From contig CAZDTK010000009.1 in the NCBI GenBank assembly GCA_964508345.1, positions 14,489-78,488 of the forward strand: 64,000 bases of DNA, given 5' to 3'. The position numbers were made by a program, and so were the translations under genes. This stretch comes from an uncultured Actinomycetes bacterium (GTDB taxonomy: Bacteria; Chloroflexota; Dormibacteria; Aeolococcales; Aeolococcaceae). Shown here piece after piece: positions 37,058 to 45,509 of the stretch; positions within the stretch are counted from its first letter, which is position 1, and every line of letters starts with the position of its first letter. A model generated the notes under the pieces. It had not been told where the DNA came from, made no database searches, and worked only from the letters and a program-made list of their open reading frames with translations.

Positions 37058-37818
37058 TCTTGCTCCGACGGAGCGGTCTCGTCGCCGGCAGGGTCGGCCA
37101 GGGCCGCCGCCCAGGCCCGCTCCCGCTCCTCGAGCAACCCAAGGTCGCCGGGCAGAGGTGGGAGCTGATCGATCCGCTCCAGCCCGACCAGCTGGAGGAA
37201 GCGGAGCGTCGTCCCGAAGAGACGCGGCTGCCCCGGGGTCGTCGCCCGCGCGATCTCGGCGATCAGTCCCCTGCGCTCCAGGCTCTCCAGGACCGCCTCG
37301 CAGTTCACCCCGCGGATCGACTCGATCAGGGCGCGGGTCACCGGCTGGCGGTAGGCGACGATGGCCAGGGTCTCCAGGGCCGGCCGGCTCAGGCGTGCCG
37401 GACGCTCCGGGTTGAGGGCGCGCTGGACCGCCCAGGCGGTCACCGGCCGGGTGACGAGCTGAACTTGGTCGCGGTGGCGCTGGAGCATCAGGCCGCGGCC
37501 CCGGAGCTGCTCGGCCAGAGCCGCGGCCGCCCGGTCGACGGCGTGGGGGTGGCGGCCGAGGATACCCGCCAGCTCGCTGAGCGTCACCGGTCGGTTCAGG
37601 ACAAAACAGACAGATTCCAGCGCGATGGCCAGGTCCTCGGGCTCGCTGTCCTCGACCCACTCCGGGACCCGGGGGCGGCCGGCCTCGTCGCGCTCCAGCT
37701 CGACGCCCTCCTCCTCGCCCTCGTCCGCGCCGTCATCGTGCGGGTGGGGGACCGTGGCCGCGCGCGACTCGTCCGCCTCTCCCGGAGGTTCCCCGATCCC
37801 GGCTCCGTCCTCGTCCAT
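37054..37818 (-). CDS. scpB: segregation and condensation protein B
   Basis: Two winged helices 'LAIALESVCFVLNRPVTLSELAGIL...' and 'LETLAIVAYRQPVTRALIESIRGVNCEAVLESLERRGLI', preceded by an acidic ~60-aa N-terminus. The start at ATG 37818 is uncertain. Confidence 0.8.
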   Translation of the reverse strand: MDEDGAGIGEPPGEADESRAATVPHPHDDGADEGEEEGVELERDEAGRPRVPEWVEDSEPEDLAIALESVCFVLNRPVTLSELAGILGRHPHAVDRAAAALAEQLRGRGLMLQRHRDQVQLVTRPVTAWAVQRALNPERPARLSRPALETLAIVAYRQPVTRALIESIRGVNCEAVLESLERRGLIAEIARATTPGQPRLFGTTLRFLQLVGLERIDQLPPLPGDLGLLEERERAWAAALADPAGDETAPSEQE

Positions 37819-38003
37819 CCGGATGCCCTCGGGGGCTGTCGACTGGCCCGGCGCGCGCCCGCCCTCAGCGTCCACGGCGGCTCCCCTCCACCCCGCGTCC
37901 CGGTCGCCCGGAACGGCCGGCCACGGCGGAGACGCGCTCGAGCAGCTCGCGCTCCGCCAGCGCGTCATGGGCGACCTCGCCATCCCTGCTCCCCGGCCCG
38001 TCG

Positions 38004-38741
38004 TCAGCCGGCATCCGAGCGCACCCGGATGGGCCCGAAGGGCTCGGGTTGGTCGACCACGGCGCGGCCCCGCTTGAGCAGCTCGAGCAGAGCCAGGAAG
38101 CAGGCGACGGCCTCCAGGCGCGTGGTCACCTCGGCGAAGATCGTCTCGAAATCCACCGGACCCCGGCTGAGCAGCTCGAGCAGCCAGGTGGCCTTCTCCT
38201 CGACCGAGAACGTGACCATGCCGACGGGAAGGGGCGCTGCGTCCTGGAGGCGTTCGAGCACCTGGCGGAAGGCGGCGGCGAGCCGGTCGGGGGGAATGCG
38301 CAGCCGCTCGACCGGCAGGACCTCGGGGGCCACCAGGCCCAGGAAGCTGCGCTGCCCGGTCTCGGCCGGCTCCAGGAGAAGAGCCTCCATCGCCGCCCGG
38401 AAGAGGCGGTACTCGGCGAGACGGCGGCCCGCCTCCCCCTCCACGACCGGCTCCTCCTCCGGCTCCACGTCCGTCTCGGTGACGCGCGCCGCCTTCATCG
38501 AGAGCAGCCGCGCCAGCAGCCCGAGCGCCTCGGCGGCATCCCGCAGGTCCCCCTCCAGCTCGACCCCGGAGAGCTGGCGGCTCACCTGGGTGGTCACCAG
38601 CGCCACCGGAAGCTCGCGGAGGTCGACGTCGCCCCGCTGAGCGGCGAGCACCAGCTCCTCGAGGCTGCCACTGAACTCGCCCACCTCCACGGGGAAGCGC
38701 CGGGGTGCCACGGCGCGCCCACCCGCCTCGCTCTCGCTCAT
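38004..38741 (-). CDS. scpA: segregation and condensation protein A
   Basis: 'FPVEVGEFSGSLEELVLAAQRGDVDLRELPVALVTTQ...' is the ScpA N-terminus, with the C-terminal winged helix 'ETIFAEVTTRLEAVACFLALLELLK'. Confidence 0.85.
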   Translation of the reverse strand: MSESEAGGRAVAPRRFPVEVGEFSGSLEELVLAAQRGDVDLRELPVALVTTQVSRQLSGVELEGDLRDAAEALGLLARLLSMKAARVTETDVEPEEEPVVEGEAGRRLAEYRLFRAAMEALLLEPAETGQRSFLGLVAPEVLPVERLRIPPDRLAAAFRQVLERLQDAAPLPVGMVTFSVEEKATWLLELLSRGPVDFETIFAEVTTRLEAVACFLALLELLKRGRAVVDQPEPFGPIRVRSDAG

Positions 38742-39218
38742 GGCGGCCCATGGTACGTGGTCGGGAAGCGTCGGTCGCGGAAGCGCGGCCCGCCTCAACT
38801 GCTGTTGCCGGAGAGGCAACCGGCGTTCCCCGCAGCCGCCGAGTCAGGACTGGGCGAGCCGCTCGATTGGCCATGGTCCGCCCGCTGCACTGGCGGCAGC
38901 CGTCAGCCGCTCCGTCCTCCTCGTTGCGAAGGATTGGAGGTGGTGGGGCGCGACGGGGAATGCCGAGAGGGCGGTGGCAGCGGACCCTAGACCCGCGGGA
39001 ACCGCGGAGCCGACGGTCGCGCTGATGACCGGCCGGCATCCCAGCAGTCGTCACCGTCATCGGGCCGGCCCTGGTAATGTGCCCGGGCAGGGCGACGCGC
39101 CCGGCGGGGATGGCGTGAAGATCACGTCCGCGTCGTCGCCAGCCAATGCCGGGCCGGCGCGTGCCCAGGAACACCAGCCGACGGACGGACCAGCGCACAG
39201 GAGGGGCAAGCCAAGGTC

Positions 39219-39821
39219 GTGGCGATAGGCTCCTGCCGGCTCGTGGGGCTGGATGGAACGCACGGCGTGGGCAAGACCTCCGCCGCTCTCGCACTCACAT
39301 CGAAGCTCCAAGCCAGAGGATTCGTGGCGAGGTGCGTGCCCGAGGTGGTGCGGACCAGCCCCTACTTCGACCAAGGCACGCTGCGGTGGCCCGGGCCGGC
39401 CGGCGAGCTGGACGTCTTCGGGGAGCAGATAGCCGCCGAGCAGCGGGCAGCCATTGGCTGTGAGGTACTCATCTGCGACCGCACCGTGCTCAGCGCGATC
39501 GCCTACTGGCAGGCACGGGTGACGCGCGGGCGAAACTCGGAGACGGCACTGCTGCGCGCCGCGGTGGCGTTCGCCCGGGCTTATGCTCGCCTCTACGACC
39601 TGTTCTTCCTCATGAACGTGCCCCTCTCGGGCGCGCCGGCCGACGACGGCTTTCGCGTGAGGGACCCCGCCTTCCAGGCGCAGATGGCCAACCGGATGCG
39701 CAGTCTGTGCCAGAAGCTCGACGTCGCCGCCGAACCCCTGCCGCTCGCCGAGTCCCCGGACGCGACTGCGGATCGAATGATCCTGCGCATCGATCAGGCT
39801 GGATGGCGGCCCGACCACTGA
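39219..39821 (+). CDS. P-loop NTPase / nucleotide-kinase-like protein (island gene)
   Basis: Walker A 'GLDGTHGVGKTSAALAL', a Walker B-like 'VLICDRTVL', ~200 aa. GTG start preceded by AGGAGGGG. Codon usage is noticeably lower in GC3 (ATA, AGA, CAA, ACA, GGA) than neighbouring core genes. Confidence 0.7.
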   Translation: MAIGSCRLVGLDGTHGVGKTSAALALTSKLQARGFVARCVPEVVRTSPYFDQGTLRWPGPAGELDVFGEQIAAEQRAAIGCEVLICDRTVLSAIAYWQARVTRGRNSETALLRAAVAFARAYARLYDLFFLMNVPLSGAPADDGFRVRDPAFQAQMANRMRSLCQKLDVAAEPLPLAESPDATADRMILRIDQAGWRPDH

Positions 39822-39929
39822 CGCCATGGGGACTTCGCCGATCGATGCTCCGACGCCGGGGGCAGAGCGCTCCTGTCGATCCGGGGTGTCGGTAGTGGGG
39901 TTGTTTGAGACGCGCCCAGGTCGACAGTA

Positions 39930-40025
39930 GGCGGCCCGCAACCCCTACCCGCGGACCCCGGCGATGGCCGCCGGCGTGGCCGACCACGTCTGGCGGATCG
40001 AGGAGATCGTCGGACTGCTAGCGTA
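39930..40025 (+). pseudogene. transposase C-terminal remnant
   Basis: A short frame opening just after a TAG encodes 'AARNPYPRTPAMAAGVADHVWRIEEIVGLLA*'. The '...MAAG.TDHVW..EE..' tail is a recurrent C-terminal motif of DDE transposase fragments. There is no N-terminal part. Confidence 0.3.
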
Positions 40026-40031
40026 GGGGCC

Positions 40032-40235
40032 GTGGCTCAAGCCTCTAAGTTCCGGCGAATCAGGCGCGAATGGTTTGATGCTGGTTGCCCACCTTGCGAG
40101 CACAAGTACACCGACAAGGAGCACGAGCTGGGCGCCCAGACGGGTGACCGGGGCTGCCTTGGGTGCGGCGATACTTGGTGGGCCGATGGTCCCGCGCCCC
40201 AGCCGTGGCGAGGCGGCGATCCCCCTCCGATCTGA
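40032..40235 (+). CDS. possible small zinc-ribbon ORF (island)
   Basis: 67 aa with 'CPPC' ... 'CLGC' (CxxC-x17-CxxC). GTG start with AGGGG 6 nt upstream; low-GC3 codons consistent with the island. Weak evidence. Confidence 0.25.
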   Translation: MAQASKFRRIRREWFDAGCPPCEHKYTDKEHELGAQTGDRGCLGCGDTWWADGPAPQPWRGGDPPPI

Positions 40236-40414
40236 TCCTCTTCTGAAACTGACCCACTACCGGGGTGTCGGTCGCCTGGACGAGCGCCGACTCGCCCTGA
40301 TATGCTCGCGCCGCGATGGCTCGGCGACAACGCCAATCGACAGGCTCCCTGTTCACCATCGCGCCGCCCGCCTTCACCGACGTCCGCCCGGCGGCCGGGC
40401 TCGGAGATTGACAG

Positions 40415-40960
40415 GTGTCAGGGCCCCTGACCTCCTCCCAGATTCGCAAGAGGATTGACGATTCTGGACTTGTGCGGCAGGCCGACGCGCGCTCCTTCGC
40501 GCCGGCCAGCTACGAGATGCGCGTCGGCAGCTACTACAGCCCGGCGGAAGGGGAGCCCATCTCGCTGGTTGCCGGAGACGGGGTGGCGCTGGCGCCCGGC
40601 GGTTTCGTGCTCATCGGCACCCTGGAGGAGGTGTCTCTTCCACGCGACATCCTGGGCATGATGTATCTGCGATCCACCTATGCGCGACGTGGGTTCTCCG
40701 ATTGGTTTCAGGGCCTGGTCGACCCCGGCTACCGCGGGGCCCTGACGGTCGCACTCCACAACCTGACGGATCACCCGCTGGTCATCCTGGGTGGTGATCG
40801 CATCTGTCACCTTCTCTTCTACCCGCTCGACGAGATGACGGACGAGTACGACGGCCGGTACCAGGGGTCCACGGCCGCCACCCCTGACGCCTATGGGGAT
40901 CGGGAAGTGAGCTCGTTCCCGATCGTGGGAGCTCCGCGGCAGAGTGTGGGCCCCCCATGA
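40415..40960 (+). CDS. dCTP deaminase-family protein (dUTPase-fold, Dcd-like)
   Basis: 181 aa; 'MYLRSTYARRGFS...LVDPGYRGALTVALHNLTDHPLVILGGDRICHLLFYPLDE' aligns with the Dcd catalytic Ser / Asp-Pro-Gly region and the C-terminal beta-strand. Confidence 0.8.
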   Translation: MSGPLTSSQIRKRIDDSGLVRQADARSFAPASYEMRVGSYYSPAEGEPISLVAGDGVALAPGGFVLIGTLEEVSLPRDILGMMYLRSTYARRGFSDWFQGLVDPGYRGALTVALHNLTDHPLVILGGDRICHLLFYPLDEMTDEYDGRYQGSTAATPDAYGDREVSSFPIVGAPRQSVGPP

Positions 40961-41567
40961 CGGTGCCCCACGATGGCCACGCGCTGCCGAGCGCGCAACG
41001 CCGGTGAGGGGGCTGCCCTCCGCCGCCGCGGGTGGCCGCCGGCGGCCCGACAAGCAGACATACAACCTCCTGCTTGCCGTCGCGGCACGAAGTCGTGCCG
41101 ATTGTCTGGACCGGCGGGTCGGAGCGATCATCACTCGGGATGATCGCGTGCTGAGCACGGGCTACACGGGCACGCCCTTCGGCATGCCCAACTGCTCTCA
41201 GGGCGGGTGCGCCCGCTGCGCTGCGGGGCCGCTGGACGGCGCCCCGCTCACGGGGGGCTACGACGTCTGCCTGTGTGTGCATGCCGAGCAGAACGCGATA
41301 CTTCACGCCAGCCGCTTCGGACAGCAAACGCTGGGCGCGTCGATGACATCGACGCTGCAACCGTGCTTCGGGTGCCTGAAGGAGATGCTGCAGGCAGGGA
41401 TCGAGGAGGTGCGCTTCCTCCATTACCGCCGCACGGGAGATGCCTACGACGACCGGGAGCTAGAGGTTCAATACCTCGCCCTGCAGAGTCGCTTTCGCGT
41501 ATTTGACCAGGTCGGCGACGAGAGCGCCGATTCGGAGGATCTCTTCGCCAGCTTCACCGGGAGTTGA
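40944..41567 (+). CDS. dCMP/cytidine deaminase, zinc-binding (CDA fold)
   Basis: 'VGAIITRDDRVLSTGYTG...' and the zinc ligands 'CVHAEQNAI' and 'PCFGC' (H(A/C)E ... PCxxC). Overlaps the dcd-like ORF by 17 nt. The start is perhaps GTG ~41004, because the first ~20 codons of the ORF-track ORF are Arg-rich. Confidence 0.8.
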   Translation: MWAPHDGAPRWPRAAERATPVRGLPSAAAGGRRRPDKQTYNLLLAVAARSRADCLDRRVGAIITRDDRVLSTGYTGTPFGMPNCSQGGCARCAAGPLDGAPLTGGYDVCLCVHAEQNAILHASRFGQQTLGASMTSTLQPCFGCLKEMLQAGIEEVRFLHYRRTGDAYDDRELEVQYLALQSRFRVFDQVGDESADSEDLFASFTGS

Positions 41568-41621
41568 TCCTGCAGGATGGACGCCCGCTGACTTGTCATC
41601 GAAGGCCTGAGGAGGCTTGCC

Positions 41622-42611
41622 GTGTCCGATGGGAGGATGCTCGCCGGGAGCACGCTTGCGACGGTTCTGAAGAGCGGTCGTGTTTTCCATCCCGACACCG
41701 TTGCCGACGGGAACATCGGTGCCGTCTCCTACGATCTCCGCCTCGCTGCCGAGCACACCTTCGTGACCGGCGATCCCAAGCCTGAGCCCGGCGGAGGGAT
41801 ATTCCTGAAGCCGGGGGAGAGCGCCTTCGTGTGCACCATGGAGCGCGCGCAGTTCGCCTGGGACGTTGCGGGGATCATCAGCGCGCCCTTCAGTCTGTCA
41901 TCCCGAGGGCTGCTCATCCTTCACGGACAGGTCGTCGATCCGGGCTATGGCCTGCGTCTGATCAACGGGGGGTGGGTGCCCTGCGAGGACACTCGACTCC
42001 ACCTGGTGTTCGCCAATGTCGGAGGCCGTGAGGTGACCCTCGCGCCGGGAGAGACGGTGGCGTCTCTGCAGCTGTTCGACGTCGAGGCGTTGCCGCCGGC
42101 CCAGCGACGCGAGATCGTGGCACCGACCCCAGGGCGGCCACTGGCGTTCTTCAGTCAGGCAGGTGTGGTCCTGCAGTCCGCGACGCGCACGCTGCGCAGG
42201 GCAGAGAGGCAGCAGGTGCAGATTGACAAGGCGGTGGCTCGGGTGACGACGGTGGAGAGAGGCTCCAGCTTCGTTGTCACGTTCGGGGTGTTCTTGGTGA
42301 CCGTGACGCTGCTCGGCGTCGTGCTGACGCTTCTGCTGCAGACCATGATCAACTTCCCGAAGCATCCTCCGCTGGATCTGGTGGTCACGGCGATCGTCGG
42401 CGGCGCGGTGGTTGCCCTGGGCACCCTCGCCGCGGTGGCGATCGGCCTGATGCACCTTGCCCGGATGAGCGCGGAGCCTCAGTTCCGGGCGACGTCCTCC
42501 GACGCCTCGGCGCCCGGCGAAACCGGGGAACCCGGGTCGCCACCGATCGCCAGCGACACGGCGCGGTCCCCGTCCGGTCCCGACGTTCCCGGGCGCCCGA
42601 CCCTCCCCTAG
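41622..42611 (+). CDS. Dcd/dUTPase-fold domain protein with C-terminal coiled-coil and two transmembrane helices
   Basis: The N-terminal ~170 aa 'AVSYDLRLAAEH...GIISAPFSLSSRGLLILHGQVVDPGYGLRL...LVFANVGGREVTLAPGETVASLQLF' repeat the Dcd motif order. Then comes 'TRTLRRAERQQVQIDKAVARV', then the hydrophobic helices 'VVTFGVFLVTVTLLGVVLTLLL' and 'LVVTAIVGGAVVALGTLAAVAIGLM', then a Pro/Ser-rich tail. The TAG stop lies inside the IS target duplication. Confidence 0.75.
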   Translation: MSDGRMLAGSTLATVLKSGRVFHPDTVADGNIGAVSYDLRLAAEHTFVTGDPKPEPGGGIFLKPGESAFVCTMERAQFAWDVAGIISAPFSLSSRGLLILHGQVVDPGYGLRLINGGWVPCEDTRLHLVFANVGGREVTLAPGETVASLQLFDVEALPPAQRREIVAPTPGRPLAFFSQAGVVLQSATRTLRRAERQQVQIDKAVARVTTVERGSSFVVTFGVFLVTVTLLGVVLTLLLQTMINFPKHPPLDLVVTAIVGGAVVALGTLAAVAIGLMHLARMSAEPQFRATSSDASAPGETGEPGSPPIASDTARSPSGPDVPGRPTLP

Positions 42612-42612
42612 C
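42607..42612. repeat. target-site duplication CCTAGC (left copy) of IS481-family element
   Basis: The identical 6-mer CCTAGC immediately flanks both inverted repeats. It matches the NCTAGN target preference described for IS481-like elements. Confidence 0.6.
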
Positions 42613-43733
42613 ATGCACGGCTTTCGAGATGTAGAGACACCTGGGGGGCTTCCCCAGACATAGAGAAGCGACCCATCCTCGGGGTGTTCAAGGTCCTGAG
42701 GAGGGTCGCCCGTGACCAATGATGACCTGCTCTACCGGCACCGGGTCAAGTTGTTCGCGCGGGCACGAGAGGTGGGGGTGACACAGGCCTGCCGGGAGTT
42801 TGGGTACCACCGCTCCAGCTACTACCGGCTGCGCCACCAGGTGCTGCGCCAGGGGCTGGAGATGCTCCGCCCCCGGGAGCGCCGCCGGCCGCGGATGCCC
42901 AACTAGGTGCCGCCCTGGCTGGAGGAGCGAGTGGTCGCTTTCGCCCTGGGTCACCCCGGCCTGGGCCCGCGCCGGATCGCGGCCCAGCTGAGGCAGCCGA
43001 TGTGGGGCGGCCTGGTGATCTCGCCGAGCGGCGTCTACAGCGTCCTCGGCCGCCACGGCTTGCGCACCCGTGGAGCCCGGCTCTCCCTGGTGGCGGGGTA
43101 TGCCGCCCCACACGAGCCACAGCCGCCGCCCCGGCTCGCTCCCGGCCATCTGGAAGCCAGCGTGCCGGGGGAGCTCGTCCAACTCGATTGTTTCCACATC
43201 GGCCGGCTCACCGGCACCAAGGGCCGGGTCTGGCAGCACACCGCCATCGACGTGGCTAGCTCCTTCACCTGGGCGGAGATCCACGTGACCCCGCTCAACC
43301 CCGCCGCCCGCCACACCTCGGCCCTGGTGCGCCGGGTGGCCGCTGAGCTGGCCGCCGCGGGCTGGAAGCTGCAGGCCGTCTCCACCGACAACGGCTCGGA
43401 GTTCCGCTCCCAAGAGTTCCGCCGGGCGGTGCAGGCCACCGGCGCCCAGCAGCGCTTCATCCGCGCCGGCCGGCCCCAGACCAACGGCTGCGTGGAGCGA
43501 GTCCAGCGGACCATCCTTGAGGAGTGCTGGCGACCCAGCTTCGCCCGCTCTCTGGTGCCCAAGGTGACGGCCCTGCAGCGCGACCTGGTCAAGTACCTCG
43601 CCTACTACAACTTCGAGCGCGCCCACACCGGCCTGCGCACCGGTGGCCTGACCCCCGCAGCTCTGGTCTACGGTGCTAGAAAGATGAGGCCCCGGTGAGC
43701 CGCTTCTGTCGCCTCATCTTGGAATCCGTGCAC
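42613..43733 (+). mobile_element. IS481-family insertion sequence (~1.1 kb) with imperfect terminal inverted repeats
   Basis: IRL 'ATGCACGGCTTTCGAGATG' (42613-) matches the reverse complement of IRR 'GTGCACGGATTCCAAGATG' (-43733), 15/19 nt. The internal transposase has the IS481-type N-terminal HTH ('LFARAREVGVTQACREFGYHRSSYYR') and an rve DDE core. Confidence 0.75.
42712..43698 (+). pseudogene. IS481-family transposase interrupted by an in-frame TAG (codon 65)
   Basis: ORF 42712..42906 (HTH) and ORF 42907..43698 (DDE core 'LDCFHIG...TDNGSEF...' with the D, D, E region) are in the same frame, separated only by TAG at 42904-42906 ('CGG ATG CCC AAC TAG GTG CCG CCC'). Confidence 0.6.
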
Positions 43734-43739
43734 CCTAGC
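43734..43739. repeat. target-site duplication CCTAGC (right copy)
   Basis: See the left copy. Confidence 0.6.
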
Positions 43740-43796
43740 AGGTCGCCGTCCCGGTCGTCCGCGGACCAGGTGCACCCGGACGGACCGAGGAGCCCG

Positions 43797-45509
43797 TCAC
43801 CCCGCCTCCTGGCGCTCCGGCGCGCTCGCGCCTCCCTCGTGGAGCAGCTCGGTCGCCCGCGCCAGCGCGGCCTCGGTGGTGCGTCCCGACATCATCCGGG
43901 CGACCTCGGTGACGCGCTCCTCACCGGCGACGCGGCGCACCTCGCTGCTCACCGCTCCCTCGCGCTCGGTGCGCGCGACCAGCAGATGCCAGGCGGCGCG
44001 TGCAGCGATCTCGGGCCGGTGAGTGACCGCGATGACCTGGCGGGAACGGCCGATCGCGGCGAGCAGATCGCCGACCCGCGCGGCGGTCTCGCCGCCGATT
44101 CCGGTGTCCACCTCGTCGAGCACGAGCAGCGGCTGGCCACCTGATCCCCCGGCCGCGGCCAGGGCCAGCGCCAGGCGGCTGAGCTCGCCCCCCGAGGGCC
44201 CCTCGTCGAGCGGGAGCGGGACGCCGCCGCGATTGGCGGCGAGACGCATCTCCACCTGATCGACCCCGTCGGCGTCGCAGCGGAGCGGTCCGTCGCCGAG
44301 ATCGACCCCGTCCGGGTCGGCGGCGACGCCGAGGGTCACCCGGAAGCGGGCGTCGGGGAGCTCGAGCATGGCGAGGTTCCGCTCCACGGCGCGCTCCAGG
44401 GCATGAGCCGCCTCGCGCCTCGCGGCGCTCAGCTGCGTCGCCGCCTCGGCGGACCCGAGCTGGGCGTTCCGGGCCTCCGCCTCCAGGGCGGCGACGTCCA
44501 GGCCGCCGCGGGCGGCGTCGCAGATCCGGCGGGCGGCCTCCAGGCTCGAGAGGGCGGCCCTGAGGGACCCGTGACGCCGCTTGACCCGGGCCAGGGCGTC
44601 GAGGCGCTCCTCCACCGCCTCCAGGCGGCCGGGGTCCACCTCGACGCGGTCGGCGAGGCGGTGGGCGGTGATCCCCAGCTCGCGCAGGGCGACGGCGAGG
44701 GAGGACGCCTCGGTGCCCAGATCGGCGAGCGCCGGATCGACGCCGCTCAGAGCTTCGACGTCGACGAGGGCCCGCTCCAGGGCATCGGCGGCACCCGCCT
44801 CGTCACCGCTCGCGGCGTCGGCGAGCTGGATGGCGGCGCGGGCGATGCCGGCGGCGTGGCGCAGGCGCAGCCGCTCGGCGCCCAGCTCGTCCTCCTCACC
44901 CTCGCGCAGGCGGAGCGGCTCCAGCTCGGCGATGGTCGCCTCCGCCTCGGCAAGCTCCGCGGCGGTCCTGCGGCTGGCGACACGGGCGGCGCCAAGCCCC
45001 GTCTCTGCGATCCGCCAGCGCCGGTGGGCGCCGGCCATCGTGGTGCGAGCGTCGGTGACCGCGGCTCCTCCGGAGTCGTCCAGAGCGCGGCGCTGCCAGC
45101 TTCGCTGGAGCATCCGGTGGCTGGCACCCTGAGCGGTCACGTCGGCGAGCTGGTCGCCCAGCTCGCGGAGGGTCGCCTGCGAGACCAGGGCGCCGTTGAC
45201 CCGGCACGTCGAGCGCCCGCTGCTGCCGGCCTCGCGCGTGAGCGTGACCAGGTCGTCGATCGGGATGCCGAGGCTGGCGAGCAGAGCGGCGCTCTCCGGG
45301 CTCGGCTCGAAGACGGCCCGCACCGAGGTCCTCTCCCCCACGGCCTCGCCCTCGGCACGCGCTCCCAGCGCCCAGCGGATGGCCGCGATGCAGAGCGACT
45401 TGCCCGCCCCGGTCTCGCCGCTCAGCGCGCCGAACCCCGCGTCACAGTCGAGGCGCGCGTCGCGGGCGAGGGCGAAGTTGCGCAGGCGGAGCTCGAGCAG
45501 ACGGCTCAC
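43797..45509 (-). CDS. recN: DNA repair protein RecN
   Basis: 570 aa; N-terminal Walker A 'LSGETGAGKSLCIAAI', a long coiled coil, and C-terminal 'LLVLDEVDTGIGGETA' (Walker B) / signature. Confidence 0.9.
   Translation of the reverse strand: MSRLLELRLRNFALARDARLDCDAGFGALSGETGAGKSLCIAAIRWALGARAEGEAVGERTSVRAVFEPSPESAALLASLGIPIDDLVTLTREAGSSGRSTCRVNGALVSQATLRELGDQLADVTAQGASHRMLQRSWQRRALDDSGGAAVTDARTTMAGAHRRWRIAETGLGAARVASRRTAAELAEAEATIAELEPLRLREGEEDELGAERLRLRHAAGIARAAIQLADAASGDEAGAADALERALVDVEALSGVDPALADLGTEASSLAVALRELGITAHRLADRVEVDPGRLEAVEERLDALARVKRRHGSLRAALSSLEAARRICDAARGGLDVAALEAEARNAQLGSAEAATQLSAARREAAHALERAVERNLAMLELPDARFRVTLGVAADPDGVDLGDGPLRCDADGVDQVEMRLAANRGGVPLPLDEGPSGGELSRLALALAAAGGSGGQPLLVLDEVDTGIGGETAARVGDLLAAIGRSRQVIAVTHRPEIAARAAWHLLVARTEREGAVSSEVRRVAGEERVTEVARMMSGRTTEAALARATELLHEGGASAPERQEAG

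Noticed and set aside
37819-39294. 746-aa ORF 37054..39294 as a single large protein
   Set aside because: Only the C-terminal 254 aa show ScpB homology and coding-like composition. The upstream part is Arg-rich and lies antisense to or overlapping scpA, a well-supported gene in another frame.
40037-40458. Minus- and plus-strand ORFs inside the island intergenic region (40037..40336, 40060..40449, 40075..40458)
   Set aside because: Mutually overlapping, no domains, poor codon statistics. They are probably non-coding spacer plus promoter of the dcd-like operon.
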